Assembly (NCBI GenBank): GCA_937871295.1
Contig: CALMRE010000243.1
Location: forward strand, 1,027 to 65,026
Direction: 5' to 3'
Source of the DNA: an uncultured bacterium
Lineage (GTDB): Bacteria; UBP6; UBA1177; JAKLFG01
Length of the DNA: 64,000 bases
The position numbers and the translations under genes are program-made. Shown here in pieces: positions 28,263 through 38,051 of the stretch; position 1 is the first letter of the stretch; each line of letters starts with the position of its first letter. The notes below the pieces were generated by a model that saw only the letters and a program-made list of their open reading frames with translations, was not told where the DNA came from and did no database searches.

Positions 28263-29933
28263 ATGACACGCAAACTTCTCATTCGAGACCTGACGCTCCG
28301 CGACGGTCAGCAGTCACAGTTCGCCACCCGCATGAGCCAGAAACAGGTCGACCGGGTGCTTCCTCTGTTCAAAAAAGCCCATTTCTACGCCATGGAGGTC
28401 TGGGGCGGCGCGGTCCCCGATTCGATCATGCGCTACCTGAACGAGAACCCGTGGCGGCGACTCGAATCGATACGCGACGGCATCGGCGATGCCTCGAAAC
28501 TCACGGCCCTGTCGCGCGGCCGCAACCTGTTCGGCTACAATCCCTATCCCGACGAAACGATCGAAGGCTTCTGCCGCAACGCCGTTAAAAGCGGCATCGG
28601 CATCATGCGCATCTTCGACGCCCTCAACGATCTGTCCAATCAGGCGTCGACCATCCGCTTCGTCAAGGAGAACGGCGGCATGGCCGACTGCTGTGTCTGC
28701 TACACCGTCGATCCGCACTTCTCGCTGGGCGACCGGGCACGCGCCCTTTTTTCGGGCAGAAAACTACCCGGACCGATCTTCACCGTCGACTATTTCGTCG
28801 AGAAGGCGAAGGAACTGGAGAAGATGGGCGCCGACATCATATCGGTCAAGGATATGGCGGGACTCATCCACCCCAAGACGGCGGGAGAACTGACCCGCGG
28901 CCTTAAAAATGCGGTCTCGGTGCCGATAGATCTGCACACCCACTGCACCCCCGGCTACGGCCTCGGCTCGGTGCTCATGGCGATGGTGGGCGGCGCCGAT
29001 ATCGTCGACACCGTCATCATGCCGTTCGCCGGCGGCCCGGCGGCCCCCGCCTTCGAACTGGTCCAGATCTTCGCAGACAAACTGGGGATCGACACCGGCG
29101 TCGATCTTACCGCGATAGCGCCGATGCAGGCGGAACTCATGGAGATACGCCGCGAGCTGTGTGGCTTCGACCAGTACAAGATGTTCCCGAAACTCATCAA
29201 CCCGGCCGACTATAAACTGGAACCCGCTATCAACGCGCTATTCGACGCGGCGATAGCGGCGGCGAAAAAAGAGGATATCCCCGAGGTACTGCGGACCACG
29301 CAGGCGATAGAACGGCACTACAACTTTCCTGAACCGGACGAACTGGTCCGCGTCGCGCAGGTCCCCGGCGGCATGTACACCAATATGCTTTCGCAACTCC
29401 AGCAGGCGAACCTCGGCCATCTGCTGAAAGATGTGCTCGCAAGCATCCCGCAGGTGCGGCTCGACGCCGGCTTGCCGCCGCTGGTCACCCCGACCAGCCA
29501 GATCGTCGGCATTCAGGCGGTCAACTGCATCGTCGACCGCAACGCCGGCAAGCCGTTCTATTCGAACAAGTCGGTGCAGTTCGTCAATCTCGTTAAAGGG
29601 GTGTACGGCCATACGCCCTTCCCGGTCGATCCGGAGTTCCGCCTCAAGATCGCGGGAACCCGCGTTGAAACCCCCTACGATACCACGACCCACAAGAAAG
29701 AGGATAATCCGGCATTGCCCGACTGCGGCGGAATGAAACTGGCCAAGGAGGAGAAAGAGGAATTGCTCCTTGAACTCTTTCCGCAGGTGGCGCGCAACTA
29801 TCTGAAAAAGGTTCGCGAGAGCGAATGGGCCGGGCTATACCGGCAACAGTGCGAGGAGGAGCAGCAACGGGTCGACGCAGGCAATGCGCCGATCTTCGAA
29901 GGCTTGCGGGGGAACCTCTTCGCCGGGGAATAA
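28263..29933 (+). CDS. carboxyltransferase of the pyruvate carboxylase subunit B / oxaloacetate decarboxylase alpha (5S-like) family, lacking a biotinyl domain
   Basis: LRDGQQS at the N-terminus (HMGL-like TIM barrel) and the PYC_OADA conserved region. There is no AMKM biotin-attachment motif at the C-terminus. Confidence 0.75.
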   Translation: MTRKLLIRDLTLRDGQQSQFATRMSQKQVDRVLPLFKKAHFYAMEVWGGAVPDSIMRYLNENPWRRLESIRDGIGDASKLTALSRGRNLFGYNPYPDETIEGFCRNAVKSGIGIMRIFDALNDLSNQASTIRFVKENGGMADCCVCYTVDPHFSLGDRARALFSGRKLPGPIFTVDYFVEKAKELEKMGADIISVKDMAGLIHPKTAGELTRGLKNAVSVPIDLHTHCTPGYGLGSVLMAMVGGADIVDTVIMPFAGGPAAPAFELVQIFADKLGIDTGVDLTAIAPMQAELMEIRRELCGFDQYKMFPKLINPADYKLEPAINALFDAAIAAAKKEDIPEVLRTTQAIERHYNFPEPDELVRVAQVPGGMYTNMLSQLQQANLGHLLKDVLASIPQVRLDAGLPPLVTPTSQIVGIQAVNCIVDRNAGKPFYSNKSVQFVNLVKGVYGHTPFPVDPEFRLKIAGTRVETPYDTTTHKKEDNPALPDCGGMKLAKEEKEELLLELFPQVARNYLKKVRESEWAGLYRQQCEEEQQRVDAGNAPIFEGLRGNLFAGE

Positions 29934-29954
29934 AAGGGAAACGGGGGACAGGTC

Positions 29955-31292
29955 ATGTGGGACAAGATCACGCCGTACATCAACACCGGCAAGAAGCTGA
30001 AGATAAAAGGCGACAAATTGATCGCCATTCTTCTGCAGAACCGTTTCCGCGGAACGCTCTATGTCCATGCCGGTCCGATGAACGATGAGATCGTGTTCGA
30101 AGACGAGAAGGCCTTTTCGCCCAAATCGCCCTCCTATTTCGCCTTTTCGTTGCAGAATTCGCTGTTCTCGCTTTCCACCAACTCTGCGCCTAAAGGTCCC
30201 GGTATCGACGCCTACGAATTCCTCTTCGAGGTGGTCAAGGCCTATCCCGAGGACATGCTCAAACATCTGCTCGATCAGTACAAGACCGAGAACGTCACCA
30301 TGAAGCCCGAGGTCTCCCGTTTCTCCTTCATCAAGGAACATCTGGAAAAATATGCCGGCAAGTCCTCCTTTCCCGCGCTGACGCTGTACATCGAACAGGT
30401 GCACATTCTCTACTTTCTGCTCCTGACCGAGAGCGCCGCGATCCTCCGGGCCAGCGACATAGAGAAACAGCGCGCCGCCGAAGAGGCGCAGCGCCGCGCC
30501 GAAGAGGCCAAAGAGCAGTCCGATCGCAACGCCATAGCCAACGTACAGGAATGGAACGATCTGGAGCTGTTCGTCCGGAAGATATTCAAATACGAGTCGA
30601 TACAGCAATTGGTCGGCTGGGTCGACGGTATCGACATGGGCGAGGTCCACAAGAACTATCTCCGCTTCGTCCAGAAACTCCATCCCGACAAACTTCAGCA
30701 CGCGCCCGACAGTCTCAAGGAAAAGGCGGGAGAACTGCTCGCCGTCATCAATGCCGTCTATCCGCTGATCAAGGAGGACGATTCGCGGATGAAACTGCTC
30801 GTTCTCACCAAAAAATACGGAAATATCCGCACCAAGGAACGGTTCGAGGAACTGCTCGAGGTCGACGAGATGGTCCTGCGGGCCGACCAGCTCTACAAAA
30901 TGCAGGAATTCGGCAAGGCCTACAAATACTATGTCGAGATGTTCGGCCGCACCAAGGCGGTGTGGCTGCTCGAGAAGATGGTCTACGCCTACTATAACAA
31001 CAAACGGCCCGAACAGGACGCCGCCAAGGGGATCAAGGACGACCGCCGCGTATCGCTCGAAGGCAAATACATGAAGATACGCGACTATGTCCAGCGTCTG
31101 CGCGACTACAAGACCAACCTGCCGCTGGAGATACTCTACATACTCGCCGATGTCTATGAAAAGGAGCGCAACATCGTCATGCTGCGCAAGACCCTGCAGG
31201 AGATACTGCTGATCTACCCGAGCGAGAACAAGGCCATGAGTTGGCTCAAGAAGGTCGATGAATTCCTACAGAACCGAAAAAAGCCTCAGTAG
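29955..31292 (+). CDS. J-domain protein with a DUF4388-like N-terminus
   Basis: YLRFVQKLHPDK carries the HPD motif of the DnaJ J-domain. The N-terminal KLIAILLQNRFRGTLYV resembles DUF4388. A TPR-like C-terminus follows. Confidence 0.5.
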   Translation: MWDKITPYINTGKKLKIKGDKLIAILLQNRFRGTLYVHAGPMNDEIVFEDEKAFSPKSPSYFAFSLQNSLFSLSTNSAPKGPGIDAYEFLFEVVKAYPEDMLKHLLDQYKTENVTMKPEVSRFSFIKEHLEKYAGKSSFPALTLYIEQVHILYFLLLTESAAILRASDIEKQRAAEEAQRRAEEAKEQSDRNAIANVQEWNDLELFVRKIFKYESIQQLVGWVDGIDMGEVHKNYLRFVQKLHPDKLQHAPDSLKEKAGELLAVINAVYPLIKEDDSRMKLLVLTKKYGNIRTKERFEELLEVDEMVLRADQLYKMQEFGKAYKYYVEMFGRTKAVWLLEKMVYAYYNNKRPEQDAAKGIKDDRRVSLEGKYMKIRDYVQRLRDYKTNLPLEILYILADVYEKERNIVMLRKTLQEILLIYPSENKAMSWLKKVDEFLQNRKKPQ

Positions 31293-31872
31293 CGTCCTGT
31301 GCGCGCTGCTGCTGACCGCCGCGCTGCAGGGCGAGGTCAGGATATATTACTACTACGATCCCCTCAACGATTCTTTCACGTTCACCAATCAGTGTTCCGA
31401 CCGGCGCGACTGCAAGCCGCTGTTCGAGGAAAAGGGAACGGTCATCCATAAAAAGAGTTTCGCCTACCGTCCGGGTATCGAGGGAAAATACGATCCGCTC
31501 ATTGCGCGGGCCGCCGACAAGTACGGACTCGACTTCCATCTGGTCAAAAGCGTCATCAAGGCGGAGTCGCAGTTCGATCACGACGCCCGTTCATCCAAAG
31601 GGGCGCAGGGACTCATGCAGTTGATGCCCGACACGGCGAAGATACTCGGCGTCAAGAACGCCTACGATCCCGAACAGAACATTCTGGGCGGCGCACGCTA
31701 CCTGCGCGACATGCTGAAGAGATTCAAAAGCGCCGAGAAGGCGCTCGCCGCCTACAACGCCGGACCGGCCGCCGTGGTCTATTACGAAGGGGTGCCGCCG
31801 TTCAAGGAGACGCAGGGCTATGTCGCCAAGATAAAGAGATATTACAACGAATATACCGGGAAGGATCTATGA
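31258..31872 (+). CDS. lytic transglycosylase (SLT domain)
   Basis: Signal peptide. VIKAESQFDHDARSSKGAQGLMQLMP...AYNAGP is the SLT catalytic-Glu context. Confidence 0.8.
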   Translation: MNSYRTEKSLSSVLCALLLTAALQGEVRIYYYYDPLNDSFTFTNQCSDRRDCKPLFEEKGTVIHKKSFAYRPGIEGKYDPLIARAADKYGLDFHLVKSVIKAESQFDHDARSSKGAQGLMQLMPDTAKILGVKNAYDPEQNILGGARYLRDMLKRFKSAEKALAAYNAGPAAVVYYEGVPPFKETQGYVAKIKRYYNEYTGKDL

Positions 31873-32531
31873 AGTTCAGGAAGAAAAAGGCTCCCAAAAA
31901 CGGCGGACAACGGCCGAAGATATTCTCGAAGATCCGCGACTTCAAGAAGGATGTGCTCACCATCCCCAACCTGCTCACCGCGATACGGATCGGCGCGGTG
32001 CCGCTCATCCTGTGGCTCCTCTACCTCGACTCGACCTCGGCGCGCATCTGGGCGGCGGTCGCCTACTCACTGGCGAGCATCACCGACTTCTTCGACGGCT
32101 GGATCGCCCGGAAATACGGACTGGTCACCGTAACCGGCAAACTGCTCGATCCGCTCGCCGACAAGTTCATCGTCCTGCTGACGCTGGTGATGCTCCTCGA
32201 CAAGGCGGAGGTCGCCCTGCTGCCGGTCCTGCTCATCCTCGCCCGCGAATTCTACATCTTCGGCATCCGCGGACTCGCCATCGAGAACGGGCTGGTGATA
32301 TCGGCGGGACAGGGGGGCAAATGGAAAACGACCTTTCAGATGTTCGCGATACCCCTGCTCATCCTCGACCGGCGCGTTTTCATCGAGTTCTTCAACCGCG
32401 ATTGGGACCTGCCCTACTGGGGCAATATCCTGCTATGGATCAGTGTCTTTTTCGCCCTGCAGTCGGCGTGGGTCTACACACTCACCCTGAAACGACGCCT
32501 GTTTGAAAGCACCCATCATGATGAACCGTGA
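31869..32531 (+). CDS. pgsA: CDP-diacylglycerol--glycerol-3-phosphate 3-phosphatidyltransferase
   Basis: [12 protein letters not shown]...[10 protein letters not shown] is the CDP-alcohol phosphatidyltransferase motif. About 200 aa with TM helices. Confidence 0.8.
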   Translation: MKFRKKKAPKNGGQRPKIFSKIRDFKKDVLTIPNLLTAIRIGAVPLILWLLYLDSTSARIWAAVAYSLASITDFFDGWIARKYGLVTVTGKLLDPLADKFIVLLTLVMLLDKAEVALLPVLLILAREFYIFGIRGLAIENGLVISAGQGGKWKTTFQMFAIPLLILDRRVFIEFFNRDWDLPYWGNILLWISVFFALQSAWVYTLTLKRRLFESTHHDEP

Positions 32532-32979
32532 GTTACTGCCGGGCCTCTTCCTTGAATTGACGGCCCGCGACGGACTGCTCACCGCGGCCCGACTCACCGC
32601 GACGCCCGATGACCGCGGCGTGACCCCGCCGCTCGACCGCGCCGTCGGCCGTTTTATTCAACGGTGGCGCCGCGGCATCCATGAACCGCTCGGCGACGCT
32701 CTTTTCCTGTTCCCCGCGACGCTCGCGAAATGGGCTCCGCTCCTCCTGCGTCTGAAAAATGAAGTAGCCCCCAGAACGACCGTCACCTACGGCGAACTCG
32801 GCGCACCGCTGGGCATCCATCCGCGCACCGTCGGGATGACGATGGCCCGCAACCCCTTCCCGCTCCTCATCCCCTGCCACCGCGTGCTGGGCGCCGACGG
32901 CCGGCTGACCGGCTTTTCGGCCGAAGGGGGGATCGACACGAAACGCCGCCTGCTTTCCTTTGAACAGAAGCAGCGATGA
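32503..32979 (+). CDS. ogt: methylated-DNA--protein-cysteine methyltransferase
   Basis: Has the PCHRV active-site motif and a VTYGELG helix. The start could instead be 32518 or 32521. Confidence 0.8.
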   Translation: MKAPIMMNRELLPGLFLELTARDGLLTAARLTATPDDRGVTPPLDRAVGRFIQRWRRGIHEPLGDALFLFPATLAKWAPLLLRLKNEVAPRTTVTYGELGAPLGIHPRTVGMTMARNPFPLLIPCHRVLGADGRLTGFSAEGGIDTKRRLLSFEQKQR

Positions 32980-34394
32980 ACGCACCGGCGACACTCTCCC
33001 GCGAAGAGATACTCGCGGGGCGGACCCTGCCGCTCATGCTGCGGCTGGGCTGGCCGGTGATGCTCTCGTCGCTGCTCGACACGATGTATCAACTGACCGA
33101 CACCTTCTGGCTCGGCCGCCTTTCCGGGACCGATAGCGGCACCGCCGTCGCCTCTCTGCAGGTCGCCTTTCCGTTCCTCTGGTTCCTGGTCGCCTTCTTC
33201 GCCGATTTCTCGGTCGCCGGGACCGCGCTCGTCTCCCAGCACACCGGCGCCGGCGACCGGAAGACCGCCAACGAGGCGGCGGGACAGGTGCTCTCCGTGG
33301 TCATCATCGGCGGCACCCTCGCGGCGCTCGCCGGGATGTTCCTGTTCCCCTTCGTCATGCCGCTTATCACCAACGATCCCGCGATACGCGACACGGCGCA
33401 CCAGTATCTCCTCTACTATCTGCCGGGGCTTCCCTTCGTCTTCATCACCGCCGTCTTCCGCGTCCTGATGGCGGCCGCAGGGAACACCTTCGTGCCGCTG
33501 CTGGTGGTATTCAGCGGGAATATCATCAACATGATCCTCGACCCGCTCTTCATCCTCGGCCTCGGACCACTGCCGGCCATGGGAGTGAAGGGTGCGGCCG
33601 TCGCCACCGTCATATCGGCCGTGATCGCGGGGCTCATCGCCCTGTATCTCCTCATGAACGGCCGCAACGCGATACACCTGACCCCGGGAGACCTCATCCC
33701 CCGGATGGCGTGGATACGGCGCATACTCAAGATAGGGCTTCCGGCGGCCGTCGGCGATTCGGCCGAGGCGCTCGGCTTCGTGGTGCTCATGGCGCTCATC
33801 GGCCGGGTCGAATCGGCGCGCGACGCGCTCGGCGGCTACGGCATCGGCAACCGGCTCACCAGCCTCATCGCCATCGCCATCGTGGGGCTCGGACAGGGAC
33901 TCAGCACCATCATCGGCCACAACCTCGGCGCGGAACGGTTCGACAACGCCCGACGGGCCGCGGGCCGCGGGATCGCCATCCTTTTCGGAGTGCTCGCCGT
34001 TGAAACGACGCTCATCATACTGTGCCGGGAACCGCTCGTGCGCCTTTTCATCCCCAACGATCCGGGGGTCATGGCCGAATCGGCCCGGTTCCTCCTCTAC
34101 TTCGGCGCCTCCGTGCCTCTTTTCGGGCTCATCCGCGGCATCACCGCCGCCTTCAACGCCGCGGGACGCAACGGCCCGGTGCTCGTGATCGGTCTTCTGC
34201 GTCTCTGGATACTGCGGCTGCCGCTCGCGTGGCTCTTCGCTTTCGGTCTGGGCTACGGGACGCCGGGTCTCTGGTTCGGCATGGCGCTTTCCAACCTCGG
34301 CGCGGCGATAGCGGCGGTGCTGTTCTTCCTGCGTTTTGACTGGAAAAGGAATCTCGTTGAAACGACCACGGCGCCCGAGCAGGCGCCGGAATAG
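32976..34394 (+). CDS. MATE-family efflux transporter
   Basis: 472 aa with 12 TM helices. [28 protein letters not shown] is typical of the MATE N-terminus. Confidence 0.8.
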   Translation: MNAPATLSREEILAGRTLPLMLRLGWPVMLSSLLDTMYQLTDTFWLGRLSGTDSGTAVASLQVAFPFLWFLVAFFADFSVAGTALVSQHTGAGDRKTANEAAGQVLSVVIIGGTLAALAGMFLFPFVMPLITNDPAIRDTAHQYLLYYLPGLPFVFITAVFRVLMAAAGNTFVPLLVVFSGNIINMILDPLFILGLGPLPAMGVKGAAVATVISAVIAGLIALYLLMNGRNAIHLTPGDLIPRMAWIRRILKIGLPAAVGDSAEALGFVVLMALIGRVESARDALGGYGIGNRLTSLIAIAIVGLGQGLSTIIGHNLGAERFDNARRAAGRGIAILFGVLAVETTLIILCREPLVRLFIPNDPGVMAESARFLLYFGASVPLFGLIRGITAAFNAAGRNGPVLVIGLLRLWILRLPLAWLFAFGLGYGTPGLWFGMALSNLGAAIAAVLFFLRFDWKRNLVETTTAPEQAPE

Positions 34395-34398
34395 ACGA

Positions 34399-35502
34399 TC
34401 AGCCGTTATTCTCCGGCCACTGGAGGAAGATGCAGTCGCGGTCGGCGTCGCACTGCATCCCGGTGTTCCCGTCGCCCAGCGGTTTATTGGAACAGTCGGT
34501 CGCGCAGGTGGCGGGAGTCTCTATGCCTATCGTGCCGTAATAGCAGTAATCGTAACCGTTGGTGCCGCAGTAGGAACTCGTCACCACGGCATTGCAGTAA
34601 TCCTGTCCGACGACCGCGCGGCATTCCCAGTACCCGGTGCCGCCCGCCTGCCACAGATAGAACGCACAGTCTATCTCGTCGCTGCAGGCCTTGCCCTGCC
34701 CATCCTGCGTGACAAAAGAGAGGCAGTCGGCGGGACAACTGACCGGCGATTCGCCGGTGTTGGGAGAGCAGGTACCGTTGCCGCAACCGGCGTCGCCGTA
34801 GACCGGGGTGCAGGTGTTGCTCACGCAATCCCATCGGCCGGTCTGGGGCAGAACGACGCAATCGCCGTCGTTGACCCACTGACCGAGCGTGCATATCTGG
34901 TCCTGATCGCCCGCATCGTTATCGCCGCACGGTATGGTCTGCGTATCGTCGTTCAGACAGACATCGTCGTCGACGCAGGCGCCGTCGTTGACCCACTGCC
35001 CGCTCACGCAATCCTGTGCCTGTTGCCCCGCCCCGTTGATGCCGCAGGCGATATCCTGTGTATCGCCGTTGAGGCAGACATCGTCGTCCACGCAGGTGCC
35101 CTGATCCTGCCACTCGCCCCCCAGACAGGTCTGCGACTGGAGTCCGTCGCCGTTGATCCCGCACGCTATCTGCCGCGAATCGCCGAAGGAGCAGGAGGCA
35201 TTGTCGACATCGGGTATCACGACCACATCGTCGGCGACGATCGTACCGTCGTCGGGTTCAACGGTGCCGTCATCGGTCACCACCACTTCGCCATCGTCGG
35301 GTTCAACGGTGCCGTCATCGGGCTCCACCGGATCGTCGGGGTCCACCGGATCGTCGATAAGCAGGGTGTCGCTATCGCCGGCGACGAAAACATCGGTGTC
35401 GCCGGTCGCGTTATTGTCGTAGGGGAAAATACGCCGCGTGCCGTCCTCGCAGGAAAGCACGATCGCCGCAAGAGCAATGACCAATACCAGATAGCGCTGC
35501 AT
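34399..35502 (-). CDS. lipoprotein with acidic EPDDGTV repeats and three tandem ~38-aa Cys-rich repeats
   Basis: Lipobox VLSC. The repeat unit is CLNGDTQDIACGINGAGQQAQDCVSGQWVNDGACVDDDV, present three times. The C-terminal domain is Cys-rich. Confidence 0.65.
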   Translation of the reverse strand: MQRYLVLVIALAAIVLSCEDGTRRIFPYDNNATGDTDVFVAGDSDTLLIDDPVDPDDPVEPDDGTVEPDDGEVVVTDDGTVEPDDGTIVADDVVVIPDVDNASCSFGDSRQIACGINGDGLQSQTCLGGEWQDQGTCVDDDVCLNGDTQDIACGINGAGQQAQDCVSGQWVNDGACVDDDVCLNDDTQTIPCGDNDAGDQDQICTLGQWVNDGDCVVLPQTGRWDCVSNTCTPVYGDAGCGNGTCSPNTGESPVSCPADCLSFVTQDGQGKACSDEIDCAFYLWQAGGTGYWECRAVVGQDYCNAVVTSSYCGTNGYDYCYYGTIGIETPATCATDCSNKPLGDGNTGMQCDADRDCIFLQWPENNG

Positions 35503-35635
35503 GGATGCCTCCTTTTCTTTTTCAGTCGCAGAGGCATTTTACCTTTTCTCCTTTTTTTTTCAAGCACTATTTTGTATTTATTTGTCATTCCGGGGTCTAT
35601 TTGCTATCATCGCGCCGGAAGGAGGGAGCAACACC

Positions 35636-37330
35636 ATGTCCACCCGTCGGAAAAAGAGTTCCAACAGCGATTTCAGAACGCTTGCCACCGATATCCTGCG
35701 CCGCGCCGATCAGGGAGCGCTTATCGGCGATTACCTGCGCGAGGTATTGAGTAGCATCATCGAATGCGCCGCCTGCCCGCAGGTCCGCATGACCATAGCC
35801 GATCTGACCCGTTTCTATCGTTTCACCCGGACCGCAGCGATATCGGGCAATTTTCATTTCGCCCCCATCCCCGGCTTCGGCGATGACACCCTGACCCCGC
35901 CCGCCGACGGCGTAAGCGATATCGAACTACTCGAACGGCTCGTTTATTTCGGCCGCACCGCCGACCCCGACGGCCTGTTCATCGGCGATCCGGCCGGGAC
36001 GGCCACCGTCACGATGCGTACCGGCGCCGGGAAAAAGCATACTCTGCGGCTCCCCGGCGGCATCGGCTCGCTCCTCATTCTGCCCATACGCTATGAGCAG
36101 GAGACGCTCGGCGTCCTTTCCCTTATCGCCGACAACGCCGGCTTCTTCGACAATGACGACGCCGATTTCTACCGCAACATCGCCGCCGTCATCGGCATCG
36201 CCCGAACCCACCGTCAGGCGAAATTCCATCTCCGCGAACGGATAAAGGAACTCACCTGCATCTACCGCATCACCAAACTCGGTTCCGACACCGACCGGTC
36301 GCTCGACCCCCTCCTGCGCGAGGCGGTCGACATCATCACCCCCGCCTTCCTCTTCCCCGAAGCCGCCTCCTGCCGCATCATGCTGGACCGCCGCACCTAC
36401 ACCTCCCTCCGTTACAACACGGCGAAACACACCCTGACGGTCGAACTCCGGATCGACGGCAGACCGCGCGGACTGATCGAAGTAAGTTATCCGACCGATC
36501 TGCCGACGCTCGACAAGGGACCATTCCTAAAAGAGGAGGCCTCTCTGCTGGAGGCGGTGGCCAAGGAACTTGCGGTCATCATCCAGCGCAGGGAGGCGCA
36601 GGAGGAGAAGAGCGCACTGCAGAACCAACTGCTGCACGCCGACCGGCTGGTCACCGTCGGTCAACTCTCCGCCGGCATGGCCCATGAGATCAACGAACCG
36701 CTCGGCGCCATCCTCGGGTTCGCGCAACTCATTCAGAAAACGCCCGATCTTTCCGGACAGGTCGTGAGCGATCTCGACAAGATCGTCAAGTCGGCCATCC
36801 ACGCCCGCGACATCATCCGGAAACTGATGCTCTTCAGCCGCCAGATGCCGCCGCAGAAACGGCCGACCGATCTCAACGAGCAGGTGACCGCCTGCCTCGG
36901 CCTGCTTGAGCCGCGCATCCGCAAGGGGGGCGTCCGCCTCGTGACCGAACTCGACCCCGCCATACCCCCGATCGTCGCCGATCCCGCCCAGATACACCAG
37001 ATACTCGTGAACCTCGTGGTGAACGCCGTGCAGGCCATGACCCCGGGCGGCACGCTGACCATCCGCACGCGGCACGACCGGGAACAGGTAGCGCTCATCG
37101 TCGAAGACACCGGCTGCGGCATGACCCCCGAAACGAAGGACAAGATCTTCGTCCCCTTCTTCACCACCAAGGAGATCGGCGAAGGAACGGGACTCGGCCT
37201 GCCGGTCGTGCTCGGCATCGTGACGGCTCACGGCGGCCGCATCGAGGTGGAAAGCGTTCCGGGAAGGGGAAGCCGTTTCATCGTCAGCCTGCCGCTATCG
37301 GCAGAAGAAAAAGGAGCAGAGCATGCATGA
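35636..37330 (+). CDS. cytoplasmic sensor histidine kinase (GAF-like domains + HisKA + HATPase_c)
   Basis: The ATG at 35636 follows GGAGGGAG. H-box LSAGMAHEINEPL and G-boxes GCGM / GTGLGL. No TM helix. Confidence 0.8.
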   Translation: MSTRRKKSSNSDFRTLATDILRRADQGALIGDYLREVLSSIIECAACPQVRMTIADLTRFYRFTRTAAISGNFHFAPIPGFGDDTLTPPADGVSDIELLERLVYFGRTADPDGLFIGDPAGTATVTMRTGAGKKHTLRLPGGIGSLLILPIRYEQETLGVLSLIADNAGFFDNDDADFYRNIAAVIGIARTHRQAKFHLRERIKELTCIYRITKLGSDTDRSLDPLLREAVDIITPAFLFPEAASCRIMLDRRTYTSLRYNTAKHTLTVELRIDGRPRGLIEVSYPTDLPTLDKGPFLKEEASLLEAVAKELAVIIQRREAQEEKSALQNQLLHADRLVTVGQLSAGMAHEINEPLGAILGFAQLIQKTPDLSGQVVSDLDKIVKSAIHARDIIRKLMLFSRQMPPQKRPTDLNEQVTACLGLLEPRIRKGGVRLVTELDPAIPPIVADPAQIHQILVNLVVNAVQAMTPGGTLTIRTRHDREQVALIVEDTGCGMTPETKDKIFVPFFTTKEIGEGTGLGLPVVLGIVTAHGGRIEVESVPGRGSRFIVSLPLSAEEKGAEHA

Positions 37331-37730
37331 CACCGCAGAACGGGGACTTGTCCTCGTAGTGGACGACGCGCCCGACACGCTGGAACTCATCCGGCGCAAC
37401 CTTGAACTGGCCCGCTACGCCGTCCTGACCGCCTCGAGCGTGAACGAGGCGAAAGGCCTGCTCGAACGGCAGAAGTTCGATCTCTGCATCACCGACTACC
37501 ACATGCCCTTCGCCAGCGGCATCGACCTCATCCGCCTCGTGCGGAAACAGCACCCCGACACCGCGATCATCATGATCACCGGCTACGCCTCGGTCGAAGG
37601 GGCGGTCGAGGCGATCAAGGCGGGGGCCGAGGAATATCTCTCGAAACCGTTCACCGACGACGAACTGCTCACGATGGTCGACCGTATCTTCGAAAAACGC
37701 CGCGAACGAGGCGACGCAACGGCATCATGA
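37323..37730 (+). CDS. single-domain CheY-like response regulator
   Basis: LVVDDAPDT...ITDYHMP...SKPF receiver motifs. It overlaps the kinase gene stop. Confidence 0.8.
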   Translation: MHDTAERGLVLVVDDAPDTLELIRRNLELARYAVLTASSVNEAKGLLERQKFDLCITDYHMPFASGIDLIRLVRKQHPDTAIIMITGYASVEGAVEAIKAGAEEYLSKPFTDDELLTMVDRIFEKRRERGDATAS

Positions 37731-38017
37731 GAACTTTTCTCGCCCTTCTGCTGACGCTCCTCCTGTTCGTTTCGCTCGGTGCGGCGCCGAAAAAGAAGAA
37801 GAAGGAGGAAAAGCCGCGGCCCGCCTGCCTCAACTGTCACACCAATCCCAACGCGGTTTATGTGGACGGCTACACGCGGCCCGACGGCACCTATGTGAAG
37901 CCCTACTACCGCTCGAAGAACGACCGCGACCCGAACAACAACTGGTCGCGCGACGGCAACCGGAATCCCAAGACCGGCAAACCGGGCACCAAGAAACCGA
38001 AGAAGGCGAAGCCATAA
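37727..38017 (+). CDS. small secreted Lys-rich protein carrying a single CXXCH motif
   Basis: 96 aa with a signal peptide. Its only two Cys residues form CLNCH. Its start overlaps the RR stop as ATGA. Confidence 0.5.
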   Translation: MRTFLALLLTLLLFVSLGAAPKKKKKEEKPRPACLNCHTNPNAVYVDGYTRPDGTYVKPYYRSKNDRDPNNNWSRDGNRNPKTGKPGTKKPKKAKP

Positions 38018-38051
38018 TTTCTCTCAAAGATATCGAGATGATCGACAGGCG

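Noticed and set aside
34336-35754. 472-aa plus-strand ORF overlapping the Cys-repeat lipoprotein gene
   Set aside because: It is antisense to a gene with a lipobox and clean tandem protein repeats. The plus-strand frame shows no motif and its start sits inside the MATE gene end.
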